Assembly (NCBI RefSeq): GCF_018350175.1
Contig: NC_058382.1
Location: 57,476,001-57,540,000, forward strand
Source of the DNA: Felis catus
Taxonomy: Eukaryota
Length of the DNA: 64,000 nt
Direction of reading: 5' to 3'
Made by a program: the position numbers and the translations under genes. This document shows positions 24,643 through 37,831 of the stretch, piece by piece (position 1 is the stretch's first letter; each line of letters opens with the position of its first letter). Below the pieces are notes generated by a model that had not been told where the DNA came from, ran no database searches, and saw nothing but the letters and a program-made list of their open reading frames with translations.

Positions 24643-24809
24643 GGAGAGGGCACGAGCAGGGGAGGGGCAGAGAGGGAGAGAATCCCAAGCAGGTTCAGCA
24701 TTGTCAGCACAGAGCCCGATGCGGGGCTCGATCTCACGAATCGGGAGATCATGACCAGGACTGAAACCAAGGGTCCGATGCTTAACCGACTGAGCCACCG
24801 GGCGCCCCC
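24585..24809 (-). mobile_element. Can-SINE ~145 bp from the exon 3 acceptor
   Basis: Imperfect TSD ACATTCCCTC(A/G)TTTAA at 24569-24584 and 24811-24826. Confidence 0.9.
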
Positions 24810-25639
24810 GACATTCCCTCGTTTAACCCAGCATTGCCACCACAGCCTCCGAGGCCCAATTCACAGCTGGGAAACGGGGGTTCAGAAGGAACACGTGACG
24901 CTCCCACGGCCACATGGGCAGTTCGAGGCCGTGCTGGGATCTGAACCCAGGCCTCTGTGGCCACGACCCCTGCAACCTCCACCCCCCACCCCCCCGCCCA
25001 TCCCTCACACGCTCAGGGAAGGGCTCAAATTCTGGATCTTATGTAGGGAGACCTTCCTCAAGTCTTCTGAGCCCCGGAGGCCCTGCTCGGAATAGGAACT
25101 GAGCTGCGGGGTGGGAGTTGGGGAGGATCGCGTGGCCCCGATCTTGCTGTGGGATACGGCTCCAGGACCGCGGGCCACGTCTAGCTCACGGCCGGAACTC
25201 GCTCTTTACGGTGGGGACCGTCCTGAGCAGAATCCCTGGCCTCCACTCGCTAGATGCAGGATCACCCCTCCGCCCCAGGGACAGCAACCGTCCTCTGGGG
25301 GGCGGAACCGCCCCTGGCTGACGATGACCTTCTAGATTGTCGGGGTCCCCCTTTGATGAAGCCCCTCTTTGTGTTTTCCACCGAAATTCTGTGTTTTTTT
25401 ACTGAGGAAATCATAGATCCTTCCTCAGCTGGGTTCCCAAACGGTTCATATTTTAATCGCGATGATCGCAGAGAGCTCATCTCAATCCCTGGCTGGAGAC
25501 GCCCGCGTGGGACTGTTCTGGGCGGGGGCGGGAGGGGGCTCGTCTCCTACTAGCTGCTCGATCACCTATTCCATCCTGGCAGGGCTTTTAGCTGCCGGCT
25601 GTAGGATTCCTCAGGTTCCCAACGACAGTGGGGAGCTGT

Positions 25640-25795
25640 GCTTCTGACACGTCCGTGTGTATCTGAATCGCTCGGGGATCCTGCTAATGTGCAGATTCCG
25701 AGGCCTCGGGTCTCGGATGGGGCCCCGGGGCCTGCGTTTCTAAGTGGCTCCCCGGCGACACAAACGCTGCTGGCCAAAGGACCACATCTGAGGCC
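25640..25795. mobile_element. MER5A-like hAT fossil
   Basis: GAATCGCTCGGGGATCCTGCTAATGTGCAGATTCC...CTGCGTTTCTAAG...GGACCACATCTGAG. Confidence 0.65.
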
Positions 25796-26699
25796 TTTTT
25801 TTATTTTCCTGTATTTTTCTTAAAACCCAAGGCATCTTCCTTCCTAGACTTTCCAGGTGCTTCTGTGCTGAATCCCACACAGCGTATATAGGTTTACGAC
25901 AGTCTGGGGCTGATTAAGTTCTCTGCCTCGTTAGGACCTCAAAGCCTGAGCACAAGTTGGCCAAGAAGCTGTCTGGAGGGGCAACCACCTGTCACAAGGG
26001 AGCCAAGGAACACGGTCCTCTGCAGGCCACGGACTCCTGACCCAGACGCTAGAGGCCAAGCCAGGAGGCTCCACGGTGCCGATTTCTTAAAGGACACGGA
26101 ACCTGGGACACGGAACACAGCCCTGGGATCGTGACCTGAGCCGAAACCAAGAGTCGGACGCTCAGCCCACGGAGTCACCCAGGCGCCCCTCATTTGGTCT
26201 TTATAATGATGCCATGAGGCGGGCAGTGGGGGAGGAGGGGACGTCAGCGTCTTCTTCATCAACATGCACTCCACCCTGTGACAGATGAGGCTCAGAGGTC
26301 ACACGATGTGCCCAAGGTAACGCATCCTGGCCAAGGGGGCTGCAGGCCGAGGCCTGGGTGGCTTGGGCGTGCCTGCCCAGCCCCCTTCCTTTGGGGAACT
26401 GCCCCCACCGGCCACGGGAGCCTGGCGGACACCCACTGGGGGACCCGCCCGCGGGGGTCCAGGGGGACCGAGAAGGACAGTCTCAGGGACACCGCATGGT
26501 CAGATCGACAGGGCTTGGTGACAGAATGGCCACGGGAGGAAAGGAAGGAGTCCAGGGGCTCCCACGTGGGGGTGAGACCTCTATCTCGTACCGTCGCGGA
26601 CCCTGACTTAATCCCCAAACACTGAGCCTCCTCTCCCTCCTCCGTAAAACGCGGTGAGTTTTTTGTTTTGGGTACTGCCTGCCCCCGCCCCTCTTTTTA

Positions 26700-27060
26700 T
26701 TTTTAAGAAAAAAAAGAAAAAGCCACAGTGAAAGGTAAAAGTCACCACGTCAACTATTTTAAAGCGTACGTTCAGCGGCATTTAGTACGTTCACAGTGTT
26801 GTGCAATCGCAGCCCCCTACCTCGTTCCAGAACACAGGCCTCTTCCCCAAAAGGAAACCCTTTCGCCCACGACAGTCGCTCCCCGGCCCCCGTCCGCCCG
26901 GCCCTAAGCAACACTAAGCCGCTTTCTGTCTCCGGATCTGCTTGTTCGGGGCATTTCACGTAGATGGAATCACACCGCCCGCGGCCTCTGGGGCCCGGCT
27001 TCTCTCCCTCAGCAAGTTCAGCCCCTGCGGTGGCCCCATGGGTCCCTTCCACGGCCAGGG
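26700..27060 (-). mobile_element. Old L1MB-like 3' end
   Basis: GGCATTTAGTACGTTCACAGTGTTGTGCAATC...CATTTCACGTAGATGGAATCACAC. Confidence 0.8.
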
Positions 27061-27831
27061 TCTGCTCCTCCCACGTCCAGCTGCTGAGGCAGGTGTGGGA
27101 TCCTTCCAAACAGGGGACCACATCACTAGTCGCCCACGGGGATTAAATACGGAAGCTGGACGGCCCGCCCGGCCCGCCCGGCCCGCCACAGCGGAAGCCT
27201 CTCCTTGAAGCTGTGGCCACAGGACGGAGTGCGGGGAACGAGGCGGCGGGTCTGAGGACCCGAGTGGACGCAGCCACGCGGGATGTCTGGGTTCCCGTGG
27301 CTCCAGCTGGATCCCCACCGCCCCGTCGCCGGCCAGAGCCTCCACGTGGGAAAGTTGCCTGTCCCAAGTGCCAGCCCGGGGCCTGGCGTGAGACAGGCCC
27401 ACGAGCAGTCAGTCACCAAGGGCGCGGGGAGCCCGGCCTTTGCGGACCTTCCAGAAGCGCAGGCCAATGTCATTTACATCATCGTGGCAGCGGGGGACTG
27501 TTGGCCCGGGGGGCCGCCGGGCGCTGGCTTATCTGACACCGGTCTGGCCAGCAAGACTGCTGACGTCTTTGAAAATGCGAGAGTCCCGTTACGCCTGCAA
27601 ATGTTTGCTGCTCCGGATCGGGCGTGACACCGGGAAGTCAGCTGAGCCTGCGCGGGGAAAACGTGGTTGGTCGGGGCGACGTTTTCGCAGCTGCCCACGC
27701 AGACGCGAAGCCTCTCCCCCACCCCGCTCTGAGCCCACCTTGACCGCAGACTGGTTTGTGCAGGGGGAGGCGGCCGTTCGTAGTCTGGGCTGGGCCACCT
27801 CCTCTCCTCCAGACACATGGGGCCGACCTGA

Positions 27832-27832
<1 letters not shown>

Positions 27833-27875
<43 letters not shown>

Positions 27876-27876
27876 C
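27833..27876 (+). repeat. (CA)n microsatellite
   Basis: About 22 CA units with one interruption. Confidence 0.95.
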
Positions 27877-30800
27877 GCGCGGCCACAGCACCGCAGGGGC
27901 GTGGAAAACGCCACACCCCTCACTTCTGTCCCGTTGGCACCCCGCTCACGCACAGGAAAACGTGGGTGCATCCACAGAAAGGCAGCGCTAAGCCTCATCG
28001 TAAATGTGTGTGGTGTGTGGGGGGGGGGGGCACACGTGTGTGGACCAAGATGGACACCGGCCGGGAGAACGTTAGTACTCGACGTTGCCGTCCCTCTCGT
28101 GGTGCCAGCCGGTCCCCAGGGGGCCAGTGGCATGCCTCTGGGGCCTGAGACTGGGGAGCCGAGGGTGTGGGCGAGCCCAGCGGGGGAAGCCGGGCCCAGA
28201 CGCTCCCCCAGCACGCGGACCCCCGCGCTCCCTCTCCCAGAGGCCTCAGCCCAGCCGTCTACGCCGGCCGCTCACGTTCAGCCTTCTGCTCCCCAGCCCA
28301 GCCCCCACGCGAAGAGTCCAAGTTCCGGAATCCAACAGAAGCTCCCCCGACTTCATACCAGCTCTGTGACCTGGACCAGACGCACGAATGCCCCTAAGCC
28401 TCAGTTTCCCCATGTGCACAGTCATGAGGCGGCTGAGAGCGGAAACAGAGGGAACAGAGGGCACGTGACAGGCGCGGCTCATGGGGCGACTGCTCTTTTT
28501 CTATCCCTACCTTTCCAGTTCCGACGGGCACTTCCGGAGGGCCTACTATGTGCCAGGCACAGTGCTAAGCACGGGGGGGCGCAGATAAGACGAACAAGGG
28601 TCCTGATGATAACAGGAGCCGTCTGCTGGGCGCCGACGACGGGCCGGGTACCGTCCTAAGCTTACGCGTATTGGCACATCGCTTCGTGCCGAGCTCTCTG
28701 TGAGGTCGCCACTGCTCCCGGGCCCATGTTACAGCCGAAGACACTGAGGCTCAGAGAGCTAAAGTGGTGAGAAGCCAGACAACGCTGGCCCTGCCCGTGG
28801 GAGCACTGGTTAAGCGGAGGACGGTTCTCGGAGCGGGGGCGCCCGGACCAGTCCAGTCAGCAGCCCCCCCTTCCCCCCCCCCAGGAAACCATGAGCACGT
28901 GGTTGCCCGGGTCCACCCCAGACCCACTGACTCACAAGCTCTGGGAATGGGGAGTGGCAGCCGAGCCCCTGGGGGATCTGGGTGCTTCCAAAGCTTGAGA
29001 ACCACTGACCTAGGGAGGGTGGGGGAGGGGAGGAGCATTCGTGCCAGCGCTGGTGGGAAAGGGGTGCAGGAGGTTTCAAGGGCAGAAAAGCTTCAGTGCC
29101 CCGAGCCCAGCCCACCCCCTCCCTTCCCACCCACACTTCTCTCGTTTTGAGGAAGTGATCGTGAGAAGGAGCTTCCTGTATGGCCTGGCTTCGCATCATC
29201 ATAATTTACAGATTGATTGTGCATCAGGCATCATTCCCAATGTGGGGCTGTGAACACCCACTCCTTCTCACCCAGCGAGACCCTTGGCCACGAAAAGACG
29301 GCCCTCGCATGGTGTGAATAAACCCCACATGCAAAAGAACTTAACCTTCTGGGTGGCCTACAGAGCCTCACAGTGTGAAAGAGATCCCACCAGCCCTAAG
29401 GCCCCACCAGCTCAGGGCAGAGCAACACCGGGCAGGGTCCACCCGGTTCCATGTTCCAGTTCTCTCTTCAAGGTCTTTGCTTGCATGTACTTAGCAAGTT
29501 AATACACAACGTGAGGCTGCCATTGCCAAGTTCGTGGGCACGGCCTGGTGCAGAGTAAGCGCCCAGAAATGCCGCTGTCGTCACCTCGGGCTCTCTCCTC
29601 CATGCCCCTCGTTGCCTTGGGCTCTCCCCTCTCACCCCCTTCTGGGCCTTGCATTTCCCTCCTTTCTCTTCCATTGACCACCTTCACCCCTCACCACCTG
29701 CCCCTGTATTTCCTCCTCTCACGCTCTCTGTCTGGGGCTGGACTGGCAGGAAGGAGTCAGGAGCGAGAGTAGACATGGCAAGAGGACGGGGGGGTGTGAC
29801 GTTAAGCACTTAGGACAGGGTGGCTGTGGAAGGAAACACAACGAGAGGAGATGACCACACAGGGCACAGGAACAGAGGGAGGAAGGAAGGAGGAGTCAGA
29901 CTTCGCTGGCATCGCCACGGCCACCAGGATGAACCACTCCGTATTTTCCCAAAAACTGTGAATGGCACAGAATCTCCACCAAGCTCTCAGGGACTCTCCT
30001 GCCCTCCCCCCACTGATTTGAAATCCCCACCCTTCAGCTCAGGTAATCCTGAGAGGCAGATTCTGACCACCCCACCCAGCATTCTCACCAGGGTGACGCC
30101 AACACGGGGTCCACACTGACCAAGGGCCCCCACCTTCTCCCAAAAGGGACCCTAGTCTTCCCCTCTGCCTCTCCTTGAAGCCAGCCCTGGCTGGAAAGGG
30201 ACAGAACCCAGAGGAGACTGAGGATCGTTTACAAATGCTTTGAACAATTCTTTTCCATTTCACACAAAACACAAAGCGGACAATCATGAGAAGTACGAAT
30301 AAGCCAACGATAAGGGTCTCGCCACCTACGTAACCCCCTAAGTAGACGCTCTGTGCCCGGTTTATCTATTTAGCTACTTCCACATCTGTCCACTCGGCGT
30401 TATCTCCCACGGCACGAGGCACTTCGTGGGCACTAATACACATCTGCTGGCCAGCAGAGGGACAGAGAGAGCACACGCATCATTTCGTAACCTCCATCCA
30501 ACAGTGAACTAGCTCTCAAGAGCGAGTCACAAGAAAAGGGAAGGAGAAGCAGGGAGGAAATTGCCCCAGAGCGCGACATGATTGCAGCCTGCTCTAAAGC
30601 TGACCTTACCTTATATAGACTCCCTAAGAAGTTATGCAAACAAGGTTCATGTAAGGAAGAAAACAACCCACACACCAAAAAGCTGAGCTGTCAGCTTCCA
30701 CCAAGAGAGCTCCCTGGAGTGGGTGCGGGAGGAAATGGGAAAGAATTCGAACATCCTGCTGCCTGGGGCCGGGGGACAGCTGGACAGGGACCACAGCAGC

Positions 30801-31372
30801 CCTCCCTTCCACGGGGCTGCTCACAGGGGTGGGGGGTGGGGGGGCAGGCGTGGTGGGGGGAGGGGAGGGGAGCCCAGGCAGTAACGGACGAGGACCTGGG
30901 AGGTGGAGAACGTCCACTCTAGGAGTCAGAGGACAGGGGGCTTCGTGGCTGCCCCCGGGAGGGGACTGAGGCCTGAGGCTGATAGGAACGAGTTCCTCCC
31001 TTGACAGGAGACCTGTCATTACTGAAAAGCCCCATGTGACTCACACTCTCTTTTTCAAGGTGGTTCTTAACTGTTTGCCCCGATTGGTTAAACACACAAC
31101 AAAAAAACCCTCCTGTCCCACTCAAAAAATTTGGGGGAAATACTAAGCACAAAAAAAAAAAAAAAATGAAGAAAGAAAGAAAGAGAGAAAGAAAGAAAGC
31201 CCATTGCCCTAGGAATAAGGCCCCTGTTCACATCTTGGTTCGTTCGTCACAGAGCAGGCATGGAGACTGGATTTGATTACGTGCTCTGTGCTGTGGGTCT
31301 GTATATAAAGGGTCCACACCTGCCGTCTGAGATCTGCTCCCCCATTCGTCAAAGGGAGGCTTTTCAAAAACT

Positions 31373-31577
31373 GTTTTTTGATGCGTATTTTTGAGAGAGA
31401 GACAGCGCATAAGCAGGGGAGGGGCAGAGACAGAGAAGGGGACACAGGATCCGCAGCAGGCTCCAGGCTCTGAGCTGTCAACACAAGAGCCTGATGCGGG
31501 GCTCGGACCCACGAACCGCGAGATCCTGACCGGAGCCGAAGTCGGACGCTCCACCCACGGAGCCCCCCAGGCGCCCC
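31373..31577 (-). mobile_element. Can-SINE
   Basis: Reverse head and body. Confidence 0.9.
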
Positions 31578-32108
31578 TCAAGGCGGTAGACTTCTCCAGG
31601 GATTCCTGACTCACTGCGGTTCCGTTACACGCGAGTGACCCAGCTTTCCCACTTTGGCAGAAAACAGGAGAAAATGGAATACACGATAGCCAGAGGGAAG
31701 GCAAGGTGATTGCTTCGGTAGAACCCTCCGGGGGCGGGCTGATCTGGATACCCAAATTGTCAGGGTAGCTGAAGGTTCTCCCCAAATGACAAGGCACCGG
31801 AACTTTCTTGCTGCCTTTTTTTTTTTTTGATGGTTAGTTTTACTTCCTTAAATGGAAGTCAGCATGCTAAACCCGACGGGACCTTCTGACTTAGAGACCA
31901 CAGGCCACAACCAGGTCCCGGAGGCAGAACCCACTCCTACAGCACCTGCAGCGAGACACCGTGGGGACGCCGGATGTCTGACTGTCCAAGCACCACAGTC
32001 CCCTGTCGTGCCCCTCTCTGCATTCTTGCATCTGTTTTTGCTGTCGGTCGTCGCGGACACGTATTAACAATCTGTGAAGAGGGACTTTGCTCAAGAAGAC
32101 ACAGTCCC

Positions 32109-32350
32109 TGGGGCGCCGGTTGGGTGGGGGGGGGGGGCTCAGTCGGGTGGGCGTCCGACTTCGGCTCAGGTCACGATCTCGCGGTCTGTGAGTTCGAGCC
32201 CCGCGTTGGGCTCTGCGCTGACGGCTCGGAGCCCGGAGCCTGCTGTGGATCCTGTGTCTCCCTCTCTCTCTGCCCCTCCCCTGTTCACGCTCTGTCTCCC
32301 TCTGTCTCAAAAAGAAATAAACATTAAAGAAAAAATTTTTTTGAAAAAAG
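32109..32350 (+). mobile_element. Can-SINE with a G-run expansion in the head
   Basis: Body and tail are typical; flanked by an imperfect TSD AAGAAGACAC-NN-TCCCTG. Confidence 0.9.
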
Positions 32351-33469
32351 AAGAAGACACCATCCCTGCCCTCAAAGGACGTACACTCTAGCCCGGCAAA
32401 CAAAAACAGAGCGTGTGACACAGGGCAGGTAATGCTACAGCAACAAGTTTCCACAGGGCGGATGGGAACGTCAAAGAAAGCAGGAAATTCATTCTGCCTG
32501 GGGAGTGGCGATCAGGGCGAGCTTCCAAGAGGAAGTGACGTTTCAACTGGGTCTCGGGGAGCCAAGCAAATCCTAGACCCCAGCAGCCTGAGGGAGCCAG
32601 GAGCCCCAGGCTTACGTCCCAGCTCTGCCTCTTTCCACGGGGTGACTGCGGCCCAGTGGCTTCTCACTCCGATCCCCAGCTCTCCGGGCTGCGGCGTGTG
32701 GCTCTTTCAACTCCGGTGCCCCTGGGTGCCGGGCACAGAACTCACAAAACGTTTGCACCCCCACCGATCCCCACGGCTGGTAACCTTCCAGCCCTCAAGT
32801 TCGCCCACACGTTCACAGCTGACTCATTTCACTTTTACCGACTCACCAATTTATTAACCCCTATGAATATCCGAGACGGAACCCCTACTTTTCTTTAAAT
32901 GCTCATTTCCGACGCCAGGGCTGACAGCAATGAGATACACACGCCCTGGGCACCGGCTCCGTCCTGGGCGCGGGCTCGGGAAGACGAGAACACAGCCACG
33001 GGACCTATGTCTCTGGATATCAATCCTCCCCAGAATGGAGAGCAAAAGCCTCAGAAGCGAGCCTTGGCACAGAGCCAGCGGTGAAAAAACGCTAGACGGT
33101 GATGACAAGAGGTCAACTATCACGGAGCCAATGGAAATGGCGAGGAGAATGGAAATCCAGGACATCAAGTGCACACGGCACGTGCAGGGGGGGCGGGGGG
33201 AGGGCGGGGAGGGCAGCGCTGAGTGCATCCGAGGGGCCCACGGGGGTGGAGGGTCCCCATGGGGACGGGCATGTCTGCAACAGACGGAACAGTGACAAGA
33301 GCGAAACATGCTGAGCAGGGGATTCTCCACAAGAAGGACCGAGGCAAACTTCCAGAAGGCTGTAGAACAAAGGCATAGGAAGAAAATGCTCAAGTAAAAC
33401 CCAGAGTCGTCGCCGTGGCCCACGGGGCCTCCCGGACCCCCTTGCCTCTACATATTGCAAAAACTGACA

Positions 33470-34025
33470 TATTGCAAAAAAGACATCATTCACGTATCCT
33501 AAAATTCACCCCTTTTAAACGCACAATTCATTGGCCGTTAGGTCTAATTCCAAAACATTCCGTTAGCCCCAAAAGGAGACCTCCTACCCGCCGGGGGTCT
33601 GTCTTCCTTCATCCCCTGCCCCCCACCCCGGCAACTACTCCCCAGCTCTCTAGCGCCTCGTTCTGGAACCTTCAAATACGTGGGCTCGCACAACGCGTGG
33701 CCTTTCGCGTCTGGCTTCTTTCACTTGGCATCACGTTCTCAAGGCTCGCCAGCGTCACGGCGTTGACAAATCGCGATTTCCTCCCTTGCTATGGCTGGGT
33801 AACGTCCCACCACGTGGAGAGACGCGTTTTGTCTATCCTGCATCCGACGACGGTCAGCCGGGCGGTCTCCGCTCCCCGGCTCTCGTGAACGATGCTCGTG
33901 AACATTCGCGCGCAAGTTTTCGCGTAGACCCGTGACTGCGTTTCTCTCGGGTAGATACTAAGGAGTGGGATTGCCAGGCTCCTGGGAGAGAAGCCTGTTC
34001 AAACCCCTCGCCCATTTTCTTTTTT
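33470..34025 (-). mobile_element. Old L1M 3' region, strongly GC-shifted
   Basis: CTGGCTTCTTTCACTTGGCATCACGTTCTCAAGG...TTTCTCTCGGGTAGATACTAAGGAGTGGGATTGC is collinear with the reverse-strand L1M. Confidence 0.8.
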
Positions 34026-35153
34026 ATTGTTGAGGGCCTTCCTTTGTGCCGGGCCCACTCCACTCCCAGGCACCCGAGTGTCCACCTCCTTCGCATTCAG
34101 GCTTGCCTCAGCGTCCCCTCCTCTTTAGGCCTCCCGTGACCAAACCCTGGCTGACGGTGGCCCCGCTGCGGGCCACCTCCAGGCCGTTGCTTCTTTTCAT
34201 CCTCTTTGGGGCATTCGGGAGTGACCCAATTTGCCAGCTTGTCTGTGACCAGTCCCTGTGCTCCCAAAACAACGCGAGCTCTGTGACTTATGTCCCTTAC
34301 GGCCAGAGGGGCTGGCATGCGGCAGGTCCTCGATTTGTATTTGTTGGATGGGAGTAAAGAGAAGTCACGCTGAGGGAGAGAGTAAGCTATTTTCTCAGAA
34401 TCGGACACGTGGCAGTGGGTTTTGCTAAATCGAGAACGGGGCGAGGGGCATCGTCTTCAGGGCTGCGGGGCTCGCGGGAGTGAAGACGGGCCCTCCTCTG
34501 TTGGGGGGTGGGGGGCGGAGGGGGGCTCGCAGCCCAGGGCCCGGCTCTTCTCAGTTTTCCCCAGGAGCCCAGCGTGACCCAGGGGGAACCCTGGCCTGCC
34601 CGAGGCGGCAACCGCCTTTTATGTGAAACCAGGAACAACACGCTCCAGTCTACAGTCGGGGTAGAATTAGAGCCCCCCAAAAGGGACGAAAACTACCTCT
34701 GGGTCAGATCAGATGACCTCCCGGGACATCCTTTCAGACAGAAGTAGCAAAGTCAGAATTGTCCCCTGGGAAGGACAGAGGCATTTGAATCACAGAGGTG
34801 TCCTTCAGAGACCATCGCAGGTTTTCCACTTCTTCCAGAAAAATCACCTCTGAGCTGTGAGTCCCACTAACGTGTGCCACCAGCCAGGGACACAGGCCTT
34901 AGGTCTGCCCCTGAGCGTTCCAGAAAAGAGCTTGCGGAAAGCTATTATGAGCGTGGGTCCTAAGAGCTCTGATCACAAAGAGAAATGCTTTCTCTTTCGC
35001 TTTATTGCACCCCCCATCAGACGACGGATATCCACGGAACCTCCCGTGGTGATCATTCCGCAGCACGTAGAAAGCAAACCATTGTGCCTTACGCTGCTAA
35101 TGACTCTGTCAAATATCTCTCAGTAAAACTGGGGGGTGGGGGAAGGAAAAAGC

Positions 35154-35391
35154 TTTTTTGTTTTTTTTTTTAAGAGAGATTTTTTTTTTAATGTTTTTTT
35201 CAAGAGAGAGCGCGCGCACGCGTGAGGAGGGGAGGAACAGAGAGAGAGGGAGACACAGAATCGGAAGCAGGCTCCAGGCTCCGAGCTGTCAGCGCAGAGC
35301 CCGACGCGGGGCTCGAACTCACGGACTGCGAGATCACGACCTGAGCCGAAGTCGGACGCTTAACCGACGACGGAGCCGCCCGGGCGCCCCC
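35154..35391 (-). mobile_element. Can-SINE (SINEC_Fc)
   Basis: T tail, body and reverse head. Confidence 0.9.
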
Positions 35392-35624
35392 AAAAGAGCT
35401 TGTTTGAAAAGAATTTCAGCTGCAAGCGTAGGGAAGCAGCAGGGTGTCAGGGGCGGGTGGCCAGGAACCCAGGAGCCAGGGAAGGAACAGAGCGGGGCCT
35501 CCGTGCAACCTTGGGCCAGGGCCTTCCCATCTCTGAGCCTCAGTTTTCCCACCTACGGAGTGGGACTTACAGCGGGACCTTCCACACTGGGCCACGGTGT
35601 AGATGAGATGAAATCATTAGACCA

Positions 35625-36095
35625 CAGCGGCTGGCAAGACGGCTGGCCACGGTGTCCGCGTCGGAATCTCCAGAACCCACGACTACAGCACCTGACCCAG
35701 AAGGGCCTCTGCAGAGGTGATTGTTAAGGATCTGGAGAGGAGAGAGCATCCTGGATGATGCAGGTGGGCCCAACGTAATCAGGAGCCTCGAGGCAAAAGA
35801 ATCAGAACCAGAGACACAGCAGCTTGACAAGGTCGCGACCCGCTCTCGCTGGCCTCGAAGGTGGAGGAGGGGCCCTGAGTCGAGGGACACAGGCGCCTCC
35901 GGGAGGCGGAAAAGGCCAGGAAATGGACTCTCCCCTGGGGCCTCCAGAAAGACCACAGCCCTGCCTACACCTGGAGTTTAGCCCGGTGCGACAGATTTTG
36001 GACTTCTGACCTCCAGAACTGTCAGATGATAAAATCGCGTTATTTCAAGCCACTCGGTTTGTGGGAATTTGTTCCAGAAGGCACAGGAAAAATGA
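35625..36095 (+). mobile_element. ERVL-MaLR solo LTR (MLT1C/D-like)
   Basis: GCAGAGGTGATTGTTAAGGATCT...GGTGGGCCCAACGTAATCA...GACTTCTGACCTCCAGAACTGTCAGATGATAAAAT. Confidence 0.85.
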
Positions 36096-37768
36096 GGTAG
36101 AGGAGGATAAACGAAGTCCAGGACCAACTCAGGACGTAAGGCAGGCTGATGTCAAAATGCGCTGGTGAAATAAAACACAAAACGCTGAGGGCGTAGCCCC
36201 GCCATCAGGTCAGACGCAGGCCTCGGGGGACCTGCCCCTGCTGAGGCCACTGACTGAGCTGAATCTGAAAAGCCAAGCACATAAAATCAGGTGGGTGAGG
36301 AACGCAGCCATGCAAGGGCCCTGGGGCAGGAAACCGGAGCCAGAAGCCAGTGGGGGCAGAGGCAGCGGCCAGGGAGCCTTGGCACCTGCAGATGTCCATT
36401 CGGGCCACTGGGCTGCAACCTCAGCAGAGGCACAGCGTGCCTTCCCAGGGGGGTGGGGGGTAGCTCAGCTCTCAAACATCTCAGGGGACTGTCATTCCTC
36501 TACTCAACAAGCAGCAGATGAGAATGCCAGGTGCTGTTCCAGGTGCTGACGGGACAGCAACCAGGATTCTGCCGGGGGGGGGGGGGGGGGGGGGGGGGGG
36601 AGCTCAGCCTCCAGCAGGGAAAGTCAGACGACAGACAGACCAGACAGACGTGGGTACAACGACGTGAGGCGCTGCTGAGTGCTGCAGCCCGCGACTTGGG
36701 CCCACGTAAGGAAAAGAGATTGGGACCGGCTAACCACGGGGGGGCAGGGGTTCGCCACCGAGGAGGCCACCACCCCGGCCCGAGTCGCTCTCTCCAGGCC
36801 CTTGCTGCAACGCTGAAGAAACAGGCACCCCTCACCCCGCACAATGTGGTGAGCATCACGGAGGCAAGGAGGCCATCTGCACGGAGGGGACATTTCCACT
36901 GGGCCTTGACAGGCGTATAGAAGTCCTCCGGGAGGACAAAGCTCCTTGGACACAGATCTGGGGTCCAAGGCCACCTACTCTCCCATCTCAAGCAAGCAAC
37001 TTTCCACTCTTCAAGGAAATGGTCAGACTCCTCATCAGTGAAACGGGAAAACTCCTACTTACTCATCACACGCACATCCTTCACGGATACGAAACAGTAT
37101 CTGTGCCAATACGTGCAAAGCGTCCGCACGGAGCCTGGCCTTTGAGCAACCGAGGGGTCAGGACCCTCTGTGTTGGGGACGAGCGATGGGAGGGCTCGTA
37201 AGGGGCATTCTGTGTTATGGCTAAGCATTTGGACCTTATGGGCAAAAGCCACCAGATGTTCCAAAGGGGAGAGGAGTTGACGCCACCTGGCCCTGGGCTT
37301 CACCGGGCAAAGGGCGTGGCACCCAGCAGGCGCTCACCCCACTCCCTGCAGAAGGAAAAGCCAAGATCAAGGGTGGGAAACGCCCACTCTTGTGGGGAAA
37401 GAAGGGAAAAGAGAAGTGGGAGCAGGAAGTGAGAACAGGAGGTAAGAGACACAAAAGGAGAAGTATGTGTGTTTGCAGGGGGAAGTAGAGGGAAGGAAAC
37501 GTGTTTTTTCAGTGAGTCGTGCTCACCGACAAAAGCTGGGAGAACACAGAGTGGAATAAGGACCAAGAAACGGCCACTAATTTTGGTGACCAGATTACCA
37601 AAGACCTACGCATGGGGTGCCGTGCTCTAGGGGTGAGGGGACAGTCCCCAGGACGTAACAGGTGGAGAAATGATGGAAGATGAGGGGGCGGAGGGAACAC
37701 CTAGTCGCTCCACAAGCAAAACTTTAAAAGTCTGCACCAACTCCCAGCGATTTTCAAGGAGCAAAAAC

Positions 37769-37831
37769 TCAATTCATTTCAATTCATTTCAATTCATTTC
37801 AATTCAATTCAATTCAATTCAATTCAATTCA
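37769..37831 (+). repeat. Compound (AATTCATTTC)3(AATTC)6 pentanucleotide-based repeat
   Basis: Read directly. Confidence 0.95.
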
